Source: Catajapyx aquilonaris (Eukaryota). From it: DNA of 64,000 bases. The notes under the pieces are model-generated. The model was not told the DNA's origin. It did not search any database and worked only from the letters and a program-made list of their open reading frames with translations. The translations under genes were made by a program, and so were the position numbers. Positions 1 to 13,600 of the stretch are shown piece by piece. The DNA lies in contig JYFJ02001120.1 in the NCBI GenBank assembly GCA_000934665.2, forward strand, positions 1 to 64,000, read 5' to 3'. Numbering within the stretch: position 1 is the first letter of the stretch; every line of letters starts with the position of its first letter.

Positions 1-2896
1 GGGGGGAAGTGCATCTTATATGCTGTCAAATACAGTAATTCATCCTGAATGAATAGCATGTGATCAACGACTTGTTCTGAGTTTACCTCTCTATATCTGA
101 ATCACAGAGAGAATAAAATTCAATGTTAGCTTGTACTATGTGTAGTGCTTTCAGTATCAGTGTCTAGGTGCAGTGTAAGTACAGGTCCTGATATAAACCA
201 ATCTTGTCTCCCAATGCACTTTGCAAATTAATTGGGTAGGTTGCAAGCATTTTGATGTCAGAGCACCATATTTCTGCTTCGTGACAAATAACTAGGGATA
301 ACTGAGCACACATTTGTGCAACTGTAGGCTACTATCATCCTATCCCACCGCCCAGCACCACACCTCTTCCCCAAGCTGATAATAGAGGTTGGTAATGAAT
401 GTGGGTCACGCTGTGGATCACAGGGCTACATAATGTGATAACCACTGGCCTATACTTCACTGCTTACTATGGTTGTGAAGCCCCCTCGCAAAGTTTTTGT
501 TACACTCAAGTGATGTGAATTAGTGCAGGAACTAGAAGCATTTCATGTGGCATTGCATGACAAATGAAGTAATCGTGGTCTTGTGGTAATGGTCGCAAAT
601 TTTTTCCATGTCCATAGTGTAGTCATTAAGCGGGCAATTTTGATGCCATTGACAATATTGAACCAGTGCAATGGTCGTGTGGTGCAGTCTAATAATAGAC
701 CTAGTGTGAAACTGTGTACACAATTGGTACTATTTTAGTTACCAGTTGGTTGAAGCACCTGGTTGCATGAAATTTGAACCTTACTGACGAATAATGTGTA
801 TTGATCACATGAATGCACCTCATTAAGCCTATTTAGAGCCAAGGTGCACCAGAGAGTAAGACTGTCAATATTAACGCGTCAACATTCAAGGCCGTCACAG
901 TCTAGCTGAGAGTTCAGGCAGCTCGTAAATTGTGCAAATGTCAGCGCCCACACAATTTGATATTACAAGCCCTGCGGTTTGGCAGCCTCTTCCTGTAGCT
1001 ACCAAGAGAAAGGTGGTGACAAGCTCCCCCCGCGGAAACAACGTGCCCACTTCCGTCCTTTCCCAGAACCCAACTTTGGTCAACTTGCAAACACACACGA
1101 GGAAAAAACGCGACGAGGTCGAGCGCAATAAACTGACCTCATAATATGTGTTTCTTTTAATTGTGCAATTTTCATACCAGCGAGTTGGCAATTGACCCCA
1201 CGAATTGGCAAGGTCGGCAGCCCAGACCAGAATGGAAATAACTTGACCTTGCTGGCTTTGCACCATGTACTCTTTTGCACTATTAGTCCCGGCCCCTCAG
1301 CTTGTTTAATAAAAAAAAAAAAAAGTAGTACATTTAGGCCGAGAGTGAATGACTGCCTTTGAAGGATGCTTTTCTGGTGGGGGAGTGGCTGCCATTTTAT
1401 AAGTGGTAGTCAGTGGCACTTGAGAGGATCGGGCCACTGCCCCAGGTCGGCCTTTTATGGCTGCTGGGGGCTTTCTGAAGTGGCCACCGACGAAAAGCCC
1501 ATAGAGAGAGGGATGGATGGATAGATGGGAAGCTTCCGTCGGGAGGAAACCCCCAGAGTGCTTGAATGGATGCGATATGGTCTGGAAGGAGTGGGGCATT
1601 GACTGACGCCCCCACGAATATCCATTTCAAACCCTGGCTTATGACCAGAATCAGGTGCGTCGGGTATCGGCTGGATAGCGCCAAGAGGTGGCAACGGCCT
1701 GATTACCCCTGGAGCAACACATGTGGCAAGATCATACACTGAAGAGGAAAGAGTGGTGCAACTTTGGACCTCCCATGGTCCCAAGTGGGTCATTCCCAAT
1801 GTTGAAGCGCGGTAATTTATTTCAATTCAGCGGAAATGATGCTTCTATTCAGACAAATAATAGTAATGCTTTAGCTGCCCCCAAGAGTGACTGAGAAGCG
1901 CTGGTTAATAAAAGGGAGAAGAGTGGCACAATTTTCTCATTTAATAAATGGGTCGGAACACCCTGCTGTCACTGGCGACGTTTGTACCGTATACTTTGCT
2001 CACATGTCCTGTCAGACTGGTACGGATAAGGGATAAATCTGTGCATGATGACATCGATCATCGGTTAATCTACATAAAAGCCAGGACACAAAGTGAGAGC
2101 AGTGTTCCGCAGCAGTGAATGGGTTGCAAAAACATGCGCCCACCCCTTTCCCCGCGATTAATATTAAGACGTCGTTAAAGAGCAAATTGATGTAAGGAGC
2201 AAAAACAGTTGCCCAATTGATGTTGGGGGGCCTTCCTTACCAGAAGAAGAAACCTGACACCATCGGGGCCTGGGGAAGCGAAGGCGCCACCATGGAAGGC
2301 GAACGGTCTGGACCCGCATTTAAAAGGCCTGCGTTGTGTGCAGGGACATAGTGACGCATGGGGGTTAATGAGAGCACGTCAGGCTCATGTCATGTGCCCA
2401 TTCCTCCAGCACTGACCCTTCGGCCGCTGTCAATTGAGTCATTAGGACCTATATTATGGAGGCGGAGTCCTCCCTTTTTTCTTAAAGGGATCCGGGTTTA
2501 GGGGGTTGGGAGGCCACGACCTATGACCGGTGGTACCACTGGACACTGGCAATCACGTTGCCAATTAATCAGCTGATTGATCAAATTAGTTTGCCCAGTG
2601 GCATCAGGCATGCTGAGGGTGGTAGCCTGTTCCGAATCAACAACTCCGCCTACATAAAAACAGAGGGGGCATCTCACACACACACACTCATGCAAACACC
2701 CTCACCCTCTATCCCTAACCCCACCCTCATCTACAAGAGGCCGTAGCATCCCGACTGGCTCTCCACAACCGAATTAGTCCATCGGACGTTTATCTCAGCA
2801 CCGGGGAGGGACGATGCTCCGTCTGGTCACGATGCGACGTACATAAGGAGCAAATGTGGTGTATATTAACCGGAATTGTGAATCAAGCGGATGTCC

Positions 2897-2933
2897 TGAC
2901 GTGACGTCAGTGGTGGCCGCAGCGTTTTCAGTT
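2897..2933 (+). promoter_or_regulatory. Candidate promoter for the 3111 exon: CRE plus initiator
   Basis: TGACG half-site at 2897 abutting a perfect TGACGTCA at 2902-2909, then an arthropod-type Inr TCAGTT at 2928-2933, about 180 nt before the ATG. Confidence 0.4.
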
Positions 2934-3110
2934 TCTTGTCGAGTGTGATCGGGTGAAGACATGCACCGGGGCATCGTTACACGTACCGGTTGAGCAGGAC
3001 GTGTCGGTTTGATTGAAGGAAGTGGGTTGTGCGGCTTCCTTGTTTGCGAATCTGAACCCGTTGAAGCGATACGTGTTATATTTTTGTGTTTGTATAACCT
3101 GTGGGTGTCG

Positions 3111-6100
3111 ATGGAGGGTCTGTGGCGTCGATCAATCTCTGAATCGGAGCTGATGAGGATCAAGACCTGGAGCGAGGTGGAGCACGTAAGTGCACTCCTG
3201 AGGTCTCTCAGGCTGATTTGGGCCGCGTCCTGGACCAATGGGTGCTACAAGGACGGAGGACCCACGGAGGAAAAGGTGCTGCTGCAGGAGGTTCTCTGCA
3301 GGCTCAAGAGGCTGCTGGAGAACAGGAACAGGAGGAAAGAGGAATTGCATGGAGCGATTCAGGGGGTGAGCGGATGGTGGTCAAGGTGGACGACATACTA
3401 CGCGACATCTAGACCACAATTGCAACGAAAGTGTAGGCGGAAGTTGCAGCTGGAGCCAAGTGCTAACGGGGGTTATAATTGCATAGGGTTTGCTTAATGT
3501 GGGCAGTGTGCTCCAAATTTGTAGCGAAAGTGTGGCCTTTGCTGCGGTAACTTTTATAACCAATCGCAAAGAGGGTTTTAATAAGTTGCTCTAGCTGCCA
3601 GACCTTGCAATCTTGGAGTATAGACATGCAAATATATGCACTTGACATGTACCGCTGTAGAATTGAGCTGGCATCCATATTGGCGGAAGTAGTTGACACG
3701 CCCCTGTCATCTCATATTCAAATTCGGTTTGGAATAATACATATATCAATAATGAATGTATTTTTCGTCCCCACACTTGAATGTGAGTTGACTGGAAATA
3801 TGAGAGTCAGAAATCATTTTCCTGATGCGGATGTCAACTAAATTTTGAAACACGCGGTATATAACTCCTGTCATGTTGGTTCTAGTGGCAGCCTTCGCCC
3901 CAAACTTCGCATCCAATCATGGGTTAGATGCCCCGTAGTAGAATACATGGCCGGATGATGGTATCCACCTTGAAGCTCCACTCGAGCCCATTAACCTACG
4001 CCACTCCACAGGTGAAAGAAAGCATTGTTGCAACATGTGATCCGCCAAATGGTCGAGACATGCAACATCCCCTGCGCCTGCTGAGTGTCTCCAGTGACGT
4101 ACAAGAGTGGCTGGATGACCTCAGGAAGGTTCCCATGGACATTGATTGCGGCGACGAGGATTGTCACATGTACGTGGCCGGAGACGAAGAGGAGGACCTA
4201 TGGTACGAAGAACCTGAGTCGGATCAGGTCGAAGAGCAAGGAACGACCGAGGAGGAAGACGAAGCAGTATTTGAAGCTCTTCGAAGACTAGACGAAGCCA
4301 CGGATGAGTGGGGCGAGACCGGGTCGTAAGTGTAGGCCAGGTTTTTTTAAATAACAAAGTGCCTGCCCGTTGCAGCGTATTTATAGCCACGTTGCCGGAT
4401 AACCTTCGTCAACCCCGGTGTGTTTCTTGTATCAGGATGCATAATAATGTAACGCCCAGAATAAACTCCAGGAAGGCGTGTGCATGCATTTTCACTCACG
4501 CACAGGACGCGACGAAACATTTCCCACTCGAATGGTCCTAACGCGTGAAACCACCACCGCACTTGACCTCCCATTTACGAAAAGGTCGAGGTCACATTTT
4601 TAGGGTGCGAGTGGGCGGATCAGTCTGGCTCTTGTCTTCTTAGTAAAGAAAATTAATGCAAAACATCCAATTGTACAGAGGTTAGGAAGAAATTTTGTGG
4701 CCTATTTGTTGCACATACTCGTACAGCAGTACTATTAACAATACATAATCAGACAGGTAATGACCCTGTTTCCGGACCACAGGACGGATTAACCTTTTCA
4801 TGTGTCAACAAACATATCCAATAGGTGCTTATGCACGCTTGGTGACAGAAGTAGGTAGACCCACTTGATAACTGAATCCATGACCAAACGTAAGGCCGTC
4901 CAAATATTGGCCCATCAGAATTGGACCCACTTTCCACGCTGCTGAACCCCACACACCGAGGTTTTAGCCCCCATTCTTCTCACGCCTGTGTTGGTCCCCG
5001 GTACCGAAATGTACACAACAGTCCGTTCCGTCAGGCAGGTGTGTTGAATTTTTATTAGCTTGATATACATTTGTAGAACTTTCTCCCCGTCCTGTGTACA
5101 GTGTGTTATGGCCATGAGTTCGCAGCCGGGGTTGTAAACCCTGGACTTATTCTGGTGCGACAGTGTCCCACGTGGCTCACTTGCTATTAATACCCGGGCC
5201 TTCAGTCTGCGGAATCCGACACCGTTTCCGTACACTTCGGAACTGAATAATGGTCCTTTCCGTCACTGCCAACAGCCATGAGAAACCGAAAACACCGGCG
5301 CATCAAAAGGACCTGCTTTTACACCGTTGCTTTTTCCCCCGGGGGAGGCTGCCGAATTCAGCTTCTAAAATTAAATCTGGGCAACATTCCCTTTCGTGGT
5401 CCTCCAGTTCAAACTAGAGGGTTGGGCAGATCGGTTCATATTCAGCACCCTCACTTGCCATTTCCCTTCGTGCCTATTGTGGTACCGGACATCCCTTGGC
5501 CATGTGCCGCTCTAGATATCAGCCAACCGAGCTAAAGCCGTCTGACTAATCCGACTCCGGATATACCGCCAGTGTGTGGCTTGGTAACGCGACGGGCAGG
5601 CACGGGCCTACAATGCGCGGTGTTTGAACCCGCAGAGAGATGGACACCCTGGCCATACCGGACGTCATACCGGATGAGGAGGTGAGGCTGCGGCATCTGG
5701 ACCCGAAGGACGAGGCGTACCGGATGAACAGGCACTCTGCACCGCCTGTGTGTGCTGTATCGGATGAAAGACACGGTGTTGACACATGCGCGTGCGGGTT
5801 GGTGGAACCGGTACTTGCGGATGACCACCAGTTGAGGAGGATCCAGGGACAGGCGGATATCAACAAGATATTCTACGATGGAAGCGGATTGCCGCCGAAA
5901 CCGCCGATGCGGAAGAAGCGGAAGTCGCGGACCGCGGTGGAGGACAGTACCGAACCGGTGGACGCGGTGGTGACGCTTCGAAGGTCGGATGGTAACCGGG
6001 AGGGTCGGAAGGGGAGTGACGGAAGTGACATTGTCGCCTGGAAGCAGACGCTGCAGTGGGTGGCTTCCGAGGATGACCTGGATCCGGGTGTGGTGCTCAT

Positions 6101-6116
6101 TCCCAGGGTTACTGAG
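3111..6116 (+). CDS. Three putative 5' coding exons (about 350 aa, no recognised domain) splicing in frame into the RhoGAP WW exon
   Basis: ATG at 3111. Exons 3111-3365 (phase 0, gtgagc), 4012-4325 (ccacag acceptor, phase 2, gtaagt) and 5636-6116 (ccgcag acceptor, phase 0, gtac) join without stops to 6299. All are GC-rich open frames. The full model is 2622 nt, 873 aa. Confidence 0.6.
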
Positions 6117-6298
6117 GTACAACTGCCAGTTGTGGTAGAAAACAAAGTTTTTTCCCGCGACCTAATTACGCGGTGGATAATAATTTCACACTTGAGTGAG
6201 CGGCAGGGTGCTTGGGAGAGAGATGAATGGTTCAATTTTGGGGGCTCTCAATAGGCTCATTTGAACTGGTGCCAATGGGGTTTGCTTCTTCTTTTCAG

Positions 6299-9233
6299 TG
6301 GTTCACTTCTCAAGATGGTGAGGGGCGGTTGTATTTCTTCGAGGAGAACAGCAACGAGTCGTCCTGGACGCTGCCAGAAGTATGCATCACCCCAAGCGAT
6401 GTGAGTTGAACCGGTTTGTGGAAGGTGGCACATTTGTTGATTTCTGTATGATTGCAGAATGTGGCGGCCTCGCCTGGGACATCCAGATCAGAAGACTCCA
6501 CGATGTCAAAGTCACTCACCAATGACTCCCTCCAGGAGATGGACTCAGGAATCCTTCCAGCTCCAGAGCACGGAAGCAGCTCCACCAACTCCAGCAAGCA
6601 AAATACACCTCCCAGGAATCTGGTGCTTGGGAGTGGGTCCAGGTTCATGAAGACTCGCTCCATGGTGGTTCTGGATTCAAGGTGAGAACGTTTGGAGTGT
6701 GTGTATCTTTTTGCAGCCATTTGCAGATGACACTTCTGTTTGTTTCTTCTAGGGGTGAGCTTTCCATAGGGGACAAAGACATCCTCAAGTCTTCCAGCAT
6801 ACCCAGAAATCAGATGTACCTTGAGAAACTGGTGAGTGTTTTGCTTATTTTGTTGGCGTTTTTGAAGTGGGAGAATATGGTTGAGTTTTTCGTATGTCCG
6901 GAAATCAGGTGTTAGTTTGTAATCTGTCCTTTTGTTGTCATGCAGCGTCCAGCCAAGGAAGGGCAAATGAACCGCACTAAGATAACAGAGCATGGAAAGA
7001 AGCTTCGCAAGAATTGGTCATCTTCGTATGTGGTGCTGACTGAACAGCACCTTGTTTTGTTCAAGGATGCCAAAGCATATCAGGCTTCGGTAAGCACTCA
7101 TTGCTTCAACTGTAACCTTGGGATGTGTTTGACCAGTCCTTTCTTTACCACCAGCAAAATATGGGATCCCATGCCAAACCAGAGTTAGTGGTGGACCTGA
7201 ATGGTGCCATGGTGGAATGGACGCAGGACAAATCGAGTCGCAAGAATGTGTTCCAGGTGAATACCCTGACTGATCTGCAAATGCTGTTCCAAGTGGAGGA
7301 ATCAGACATGGCCCACGAATGGTTTCAAGCTATTGCAGCTGCCGTTGGGAAACTGGTAAGGAGTGAAAGCGTCCCACAAGGAAATGCAGAGTCCTGTGCA
7401 GTGCATTCAACTTGGGTGTTGTTTTGTTGTAATCATAAAGCAATGTTGAATTTCTATTAACCGTCACATGATTTGATGAATAACAAGGATGTGAGTAATT
7501 CAGGTGACATTTGCCTGACCTTTCCCTCTGAGAAAGTTGAATGCACTGGACTCACACATGCATGAAGAGTGTTTCTACACACGGAGCAGAGTATATGAAG
7601 TATGTACCACATGTTTCAGAATTTATCTATCATCCGTATTAGCATAAATAATTTGGCTAGCAAATTCATGCATTCTACAATTATTGTAGAATGCATGAAT
7701 TTGCTAGCCAAATTTTCTGGAATTCAATACATGCCATGTATTAATTTAATGGAATTTCCTGCAGCCAAATGGGCGATACAACCGCAGGAGGCCCGGAAGT
7801 GAATCTCCCCAACTGATGGAGCTGTCCACCCCAGAAGAAGGTCGCAAGTTCACTCGACTGGGTCGCTCCAAGTCCACAAAAGGTAAGTCCTCGTAATGAG
7901 AGTAAACAAGGGGTGCCACATAGTCACCTCTCTTTGACCCCACCCACCCCACTCGCACAGTGAAAGCATTGGGAAGTACAGAGGATTTGAGCATCACCTC
8001 GGACAACAAGACCAAGATCAGGGCCAGGCTGAAGAAGTTTTTCTACAAGCGCCCCACAGTTGAGTCACTGGTCAAGAAGGGGATCTACAAAGGTAGCATT
8101 AGCAAGGTGTTCTGTAGTTGGCGAGGGATAGCCAAAGGGGAGGTGTTGAGGAGATATGAAATGCGATGGAAGTAATACTGTGGATTCAAATTGCCTCATT
8201 TTCATGTTGAAAGTAAATCACCTTCCATTGGCTATCTCCTGCAGTATGTTAGGGGTTAGATGCTTTGTAGTGTAGGAGGGACGTAGATTGCACCTCGGCA
8301 GTTTGCGCAAGACACCTGTGTTCCAGAGAGCATGTGCACCCTTAGCCCCCCTACCAATCAGTGATGACTCAGAGTGAACATGTAGCCGGTGGTGTTTCAG
8401 GTTGTGTGACCATACAAAGAAAAACCTGAACCCTTTCTTTTCCAGATGAGCCGGTGTTTGGTTGCTACCTGCACAAGCTGTGTACTCTGGAGAAGACAAC
8501 AGTGCCGCATTTTGTCCAACAGTGCATAGCAGTGATAGAGCAGAAGAAGGAGAACATGAAGGCAGACGGACTGTATCGAGCATCTGGAAACCTCTCCCAG
8601 GTGCAGAAGATCCGCCTGCAGGTGGACCAGGGGAATATGTCTGGACTTGAAATGGAGGAGGATGTCCATGTTCTCACTGGATCGCTTAAGCTTTTCTTTC
8701 GGGAGCTCAGGGAGCCGCTCATACCATTCTCCCTCTTTGAAAAGGCGCTCAAAGCCAGTGGTAAGGCTAGCAGCCAGATATTTTCTTCACACAAATAGTA
8801 CAAGTACTTTCTTCAAGTGTTGTTGAAGCCAGGTAGTGGATTATTGCCAGATTAATTCTATTTTGTGTTACAGGCAACCAGAACCACAAAGATAAGGTGC
8901 ACAAGTTTCGCGAGATTGTATCAGCTTTGCCAAAGCCCAATCACGACACCCTTCGGTACCTCCTAGAGCATCTCTTGAGGTATGTTACATTCATCCACTT
9001 GTGACTTGACGAGTTGGCCAGCCATACATTCTGTGACCTATCATTGTTCACTTTAATGCAGAGTGGAGAAGTGCAAAGAGTGGAACCGCATGCACATCCC
9101 AAACCTGGCCATAGTGTTTGGTCCGACATTGATGTGGCCCGAGCATGAATCAGCCAACCTGGCCCTGGACATGATGCAGCAGAACCTGGTCATCGAATCC
9201 CTGCTGCAAGACTTTGATTCCATTTTCAGGTGA
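6299..9233 (+). CDS. ARHGAP12-like: Rho GTPase-activating protein, ARHGAP9/12/15/27 family (WW-PH-RhoGAP), core exons
   Basis: Phase-consistent GT-AG exons 6299-6379 (WW: WFTSQDGEGRLYFFEENSNESSWTLPE), 6458-6681, 6753-6831, 6946-7089 and 7155-7355 (PH: KEGQMNRTKITEHGKKLRKNW...DKSSRKNVFQ), 7765-7882, 7961-8092 (KTKIRARLKKFFYKRPTVESLVKKGIYK), 8446-8760, 8874-8979, 9062-9233 (RhoGAP: VFGC...DGLYRASGN with arginine finger, LKLFFRELREPLIP, NRMHIPNLAIVFGPTL). Stop TGA at 9231-9233. Confidence 0.93.
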
Positions 9234-10657
9234 TTTCCCAACCTCAAGCACACGTAATTCGCATCAGAGACTGTGATAACATTGAACCGAAAACCCACCC
9301 AAATCCATCAAAAAAACAGAGGAAAGATCGGTCCATCTTTTGAAAAGCTTCTAATATTTCCCTTACCCCTCCCCGAAGACAATACTGGTCCAAAAGCTGT
9401 TACCAATTATTCTTTGGTGCCAAATGAGTTGAACCAACATGCTCAATATGATAAAAAGCACCAAAATGAACACAAAAGAGAATCTAGCATGTGTTTAAAA
9501 AAGATAACGTAGTGTAAAACGTCTGTTCCTGTTTTATCAAACGCTAGTTCAGAGCCTAATTATATAATGTTGCCCCCTACGTACCATTGTTATGGAACAT
9601 GTCTACTCAGATACTGTATCGTTGTAAGGAGGTTGTTGAAACAATTATTTCGATGAGACTGTGATGCAGAGATTTGTCATTCTATGCACAAGCCTAGTGA
9701 AGAGTGAGCGTACTGGTTCTACGTAACCAGGCAGTTTACAAAAGACTAAAGATATATAATGTACGAACGATTCGAAAGACTTGAGAACGCCTGGGAAAAT
9801 AAAAAGAAGTTATCTACGACTGGCTACGAGAGGTCATACTATTGTCGGATGAAGTCCTATTTTCTTGCTAAAAATATATATCAGAGAAGCTCATCCTATT
9901 AGTAGACTCATCTCTCATGCCCGCACTTCCATATTACCTTTGCATATTTCACAAGACATAATTTTTAACTAGTCGTTTCCCCTGTTTTTCCGGAATGGTG
10001 TGTGTTGTAACGAGCGCCATTGCTGGCTATTTGTTATTCCTCCAGACATATACATTATTTTTTGGCCTAGTTGTGTATGCCTGTAGCTATGCTCCCAGTT
10101 TGTTGACTGCATTAATGCGTGACTGACAAAACAGACTTAGTACATGCCTTAATGTCGTTGCCTTTCAGAACAAAATGATAAAAACAAAGAAAAAAAAAGT
10201 ATATGGAATGTTTTACCTTTAAACCTGCAATAGGTTCTCCCCGTGTTATGTACAGTTATCTCATCCCTCAAATAAAAAGGACAATATGGTGTGTACAGTG
10301 GACAGCAAATTATACGTCCCAATTTATGAGCAAGAAAAGCACGGTTTAGTTCGCTCGGCTGTTGACATTCTTACTCATGAAGTTAGAAAACAAATGGTGC
10401 AATTTTTGCTCATAAATTGAGGCCTGCATTTTGCTACTGAACTATAGAGCACGAGACGGGAAGTGTTTTGAAAAAAAAAAAGAACAAGTCACATTCCAAC
10501 CCCGTTCTGTAATATACGATTATATAAATCTATATATATGTAACATACGGAAAATATAAATGATGGAGTACAAATTTCGCTGTGTTTTGTTCTTCCACTG
10601 GGTGAAGGAAAATTTTGAGGGAAGTGGGGGGGGGCTCCTGCTGCCATTGATTTTTCT

Positions 10658-13600
10658 CTAGGCAGAGGACGAGAGTTGCTGCTGTTGGCTGGATGACGGG
10701 GGCATGTCCATCTCCATGTCCATGGTGAAGTCCTCTGGTGGAGGCACATGCTCCACGGCGGCGGAAAAGGACATACGATCCATCCTGGGAGGCTTGTATT
10801 GCTCCACGCGTTCCAGCAGGGTTTGAGGGTAGTTGGGAGAGTAGTACCTGGGGTTCGGGAGTGAGGAAAGGAAAGGAAAGGAAGATTGGTTACAGGCTGA
10901 TCAAATTTTTTGGGCCGAGAACTTCGCAATTGAGCATCAAGTGTGTGTCAACTTATTTCGTCAGTAATGTGTACATAGATACTAACGTCATGATGAATTA
11001 AAGAAAATAGGAATGGTACTGACTTGACCACCTCCTCTGGAAAGCACATGTTCACAGCCTTGATCTGTTCCATCAGCTCTGTTCCAGGTTCGGCCTTAAT
11101 CTCCTGCACCTTCCGCAGGGCTCCTGACTCCACAAACGACCTTCTGGCTATCGGGTCATAGGGCAGCATCTGAAAAGACAAGGAAAATTCATTTTATATA
11201 AGAGAAAGAACCTTTTTTATTTTTTAAATTAATTAATTAATTGATATTTATTTTACCACGTGATAGGCCTACATAGGCCATGTTGGGGGGTGGTACACCA
11301 CCATCACTTTTCTCGTATACTAATTTTCTTTTCCTCCGGTGCAAGGGGACAGGATAGGGATAAAAAAGAATATGCCGTATATGAAACAGCCTGCAAAATG
11401 TATACAGTACGTAGTATTCACTGATGGACCTTGCCAAATTCTGCCTCCCAAATTAAATGCAAAACAAACGTAGCAACTAACGAAGCATAATTAGCTAGGC
11501 TGTTAACGTCACGCAAGTCATAAATCAAAACCTAAGGTCAATGCGACAGTGGCAAGCACGCAATTTGTAGGCCTATAATTTTTTTCCCCGTTTATAATCG
11601 GCCCGACTTATGTTTCTGAGAACTACAATTGGGGCCGTTCGTGGATCCTTCGCTTTTTAATTAGTCGCCAAAATTAGCTCCAGTGTGGGGGCCTTCGACA
11701 CCACCACCATGTATTTTTTTGTGGGTCAAGCAACGGCCGTCAACTGTCCAACATGCGTCACTGCCCGTCAAATAAAAGTGTCCTCATCCACTTAGCATCC
11801 AATAAACCCCAGTCGCGATGACACCTGCATTGTCCCTGCAAGCCCCGGACCGCAACAAAGCAAACACAATATTTGCATGACGTATCAATAGACCCACAGA
11901 ATGGAACACACTTGCGCAAAAGGTCGAGGAATGGGTGGGGAGAATGTTATTATGAATTATGATTATTATTTACTCCAGCAACCACAGTTTCAAGCGAAGC
12001 AACATAGCGGCCCCATGGTGTAATGGTTAGCACTCTGGACTTTGAATCCAGCGATCCCAGTTCAAATCTGGGTGGGACCATTTTTTTGTTTTTGTTTTGT
12101 GCACTGTTCAGTGCAACCCTCATTAAAAAATAAAACAAGTAAACCGGTCACATGTACAGAGAGGACATCATGGGCACAATACGCCCGGTTAAGGTAAGTT
12201 ATAAAAGTACTTCGGGCACGACGAAGCTGCCTGGTAATTGCCAGTTTACAGAACAAGGTAAGAGTGTTCCCAGCACGAAAGCTTAGTGCACATGTGATAA
12301 TAATGCGCTGCAATATCGCACAGCCACCAGGAAAAGTCAAACCACATTTGCATACGTAACAATGTGCCCGTTAGCTATGGTTCAACTTGTCTCATAAGCA
12401 TTGCGATATCAATATCTGCGTTAACTTCTGGCCCACCCTGTATAATCGTCTTTCCCTTTTTTTGTTTTTTGTTTTAAAAAGAGAAACGATCCTGAAAATC
12501 AGCCAATGATAATGACAATTTTTTTTTCTTTATGTTTGAAAAAAAAGCTGTGTCAGAAGTGGGATTCGAACCCACGCCTGGAGAACCAGACTGCGACCTG
12601 AACGCAGCGCCTTGGACCGCTCGGCCATCCTGACTTCATGCGAACTACCGCAATCCCTTTCGCTCTATGTACCCTTTCTAATTTGGTTCGGGGGCCCAAA
12701 AACTTGGCACCAGCACCGGATTCCACGCGCAAAACCGGCCTTGCTGTTACCTCAAGCCCCTACGCCAAACTCCTAATGACGTCACTTCAGAAGAGACGGG
12801 GTACAAAAAAAAATAACAGAGATGTACTGTACTGAAGGGTATGAAGGATTGAAGGGGCGTTGTAATTGATAGTTACAATCCCCACGGGCCACTGCAAACT
12901 GCATGCGTTACTTCCATGAACAAGTGGGCGCACAAGTTCGATAATTACAGCATTTTCCACTGATGGTTAATTAGTCCGCTTGCCACATTTGGTCAACATT
13001 TGGTCTAATTAACACGCAATTATTAATATTATTGAAGAATTTAATCGAAGTAATGCGATAATAAAAAGTAATGATGAATCAATAGAGCAATATCCTGTTG
13101 GGGGTAAGTAAAGAACATCCCAAGAATTCCATGAAATTCAGGGCTTGTATTTCGTAGAATCGTAGATGGTCTTTGCAAGGCTTGTGATTGGTTTCTGTCT
13201 TGGACCAGGTTTCCCGGTGTCATTTACCCTGCTGGACGTCTGCTGGTATAGAAACCGAGCAAGCAGAATCAGCACGTGCGACGGGTCTTAATGATCATCA
13301 ACCTACACCTCCCGTTATCAATATATTGTCGTGACGAAAGCACCAAAAAGACGCGTGAGTGGCGTGCATGATCGGCCTGATAAAATATTCCATTCTGGTG
13401 GCCCTGTGGGATCTACGCGGGGTCTCACCTGCGTCATAACCCCAAATGTATTATTAAGGGTCCGGACGTGTCATCGTTGCCTAACTCGAAATAAACAAGA
13501 TGTGTCAATATACTCGTGGCGTAGAAACTCCCCAAATATTTGACGTATGCTGCATAATGGCGCGTGGCATGGTTTGGAAAAGTGAGAAAATGTTGCTGAC

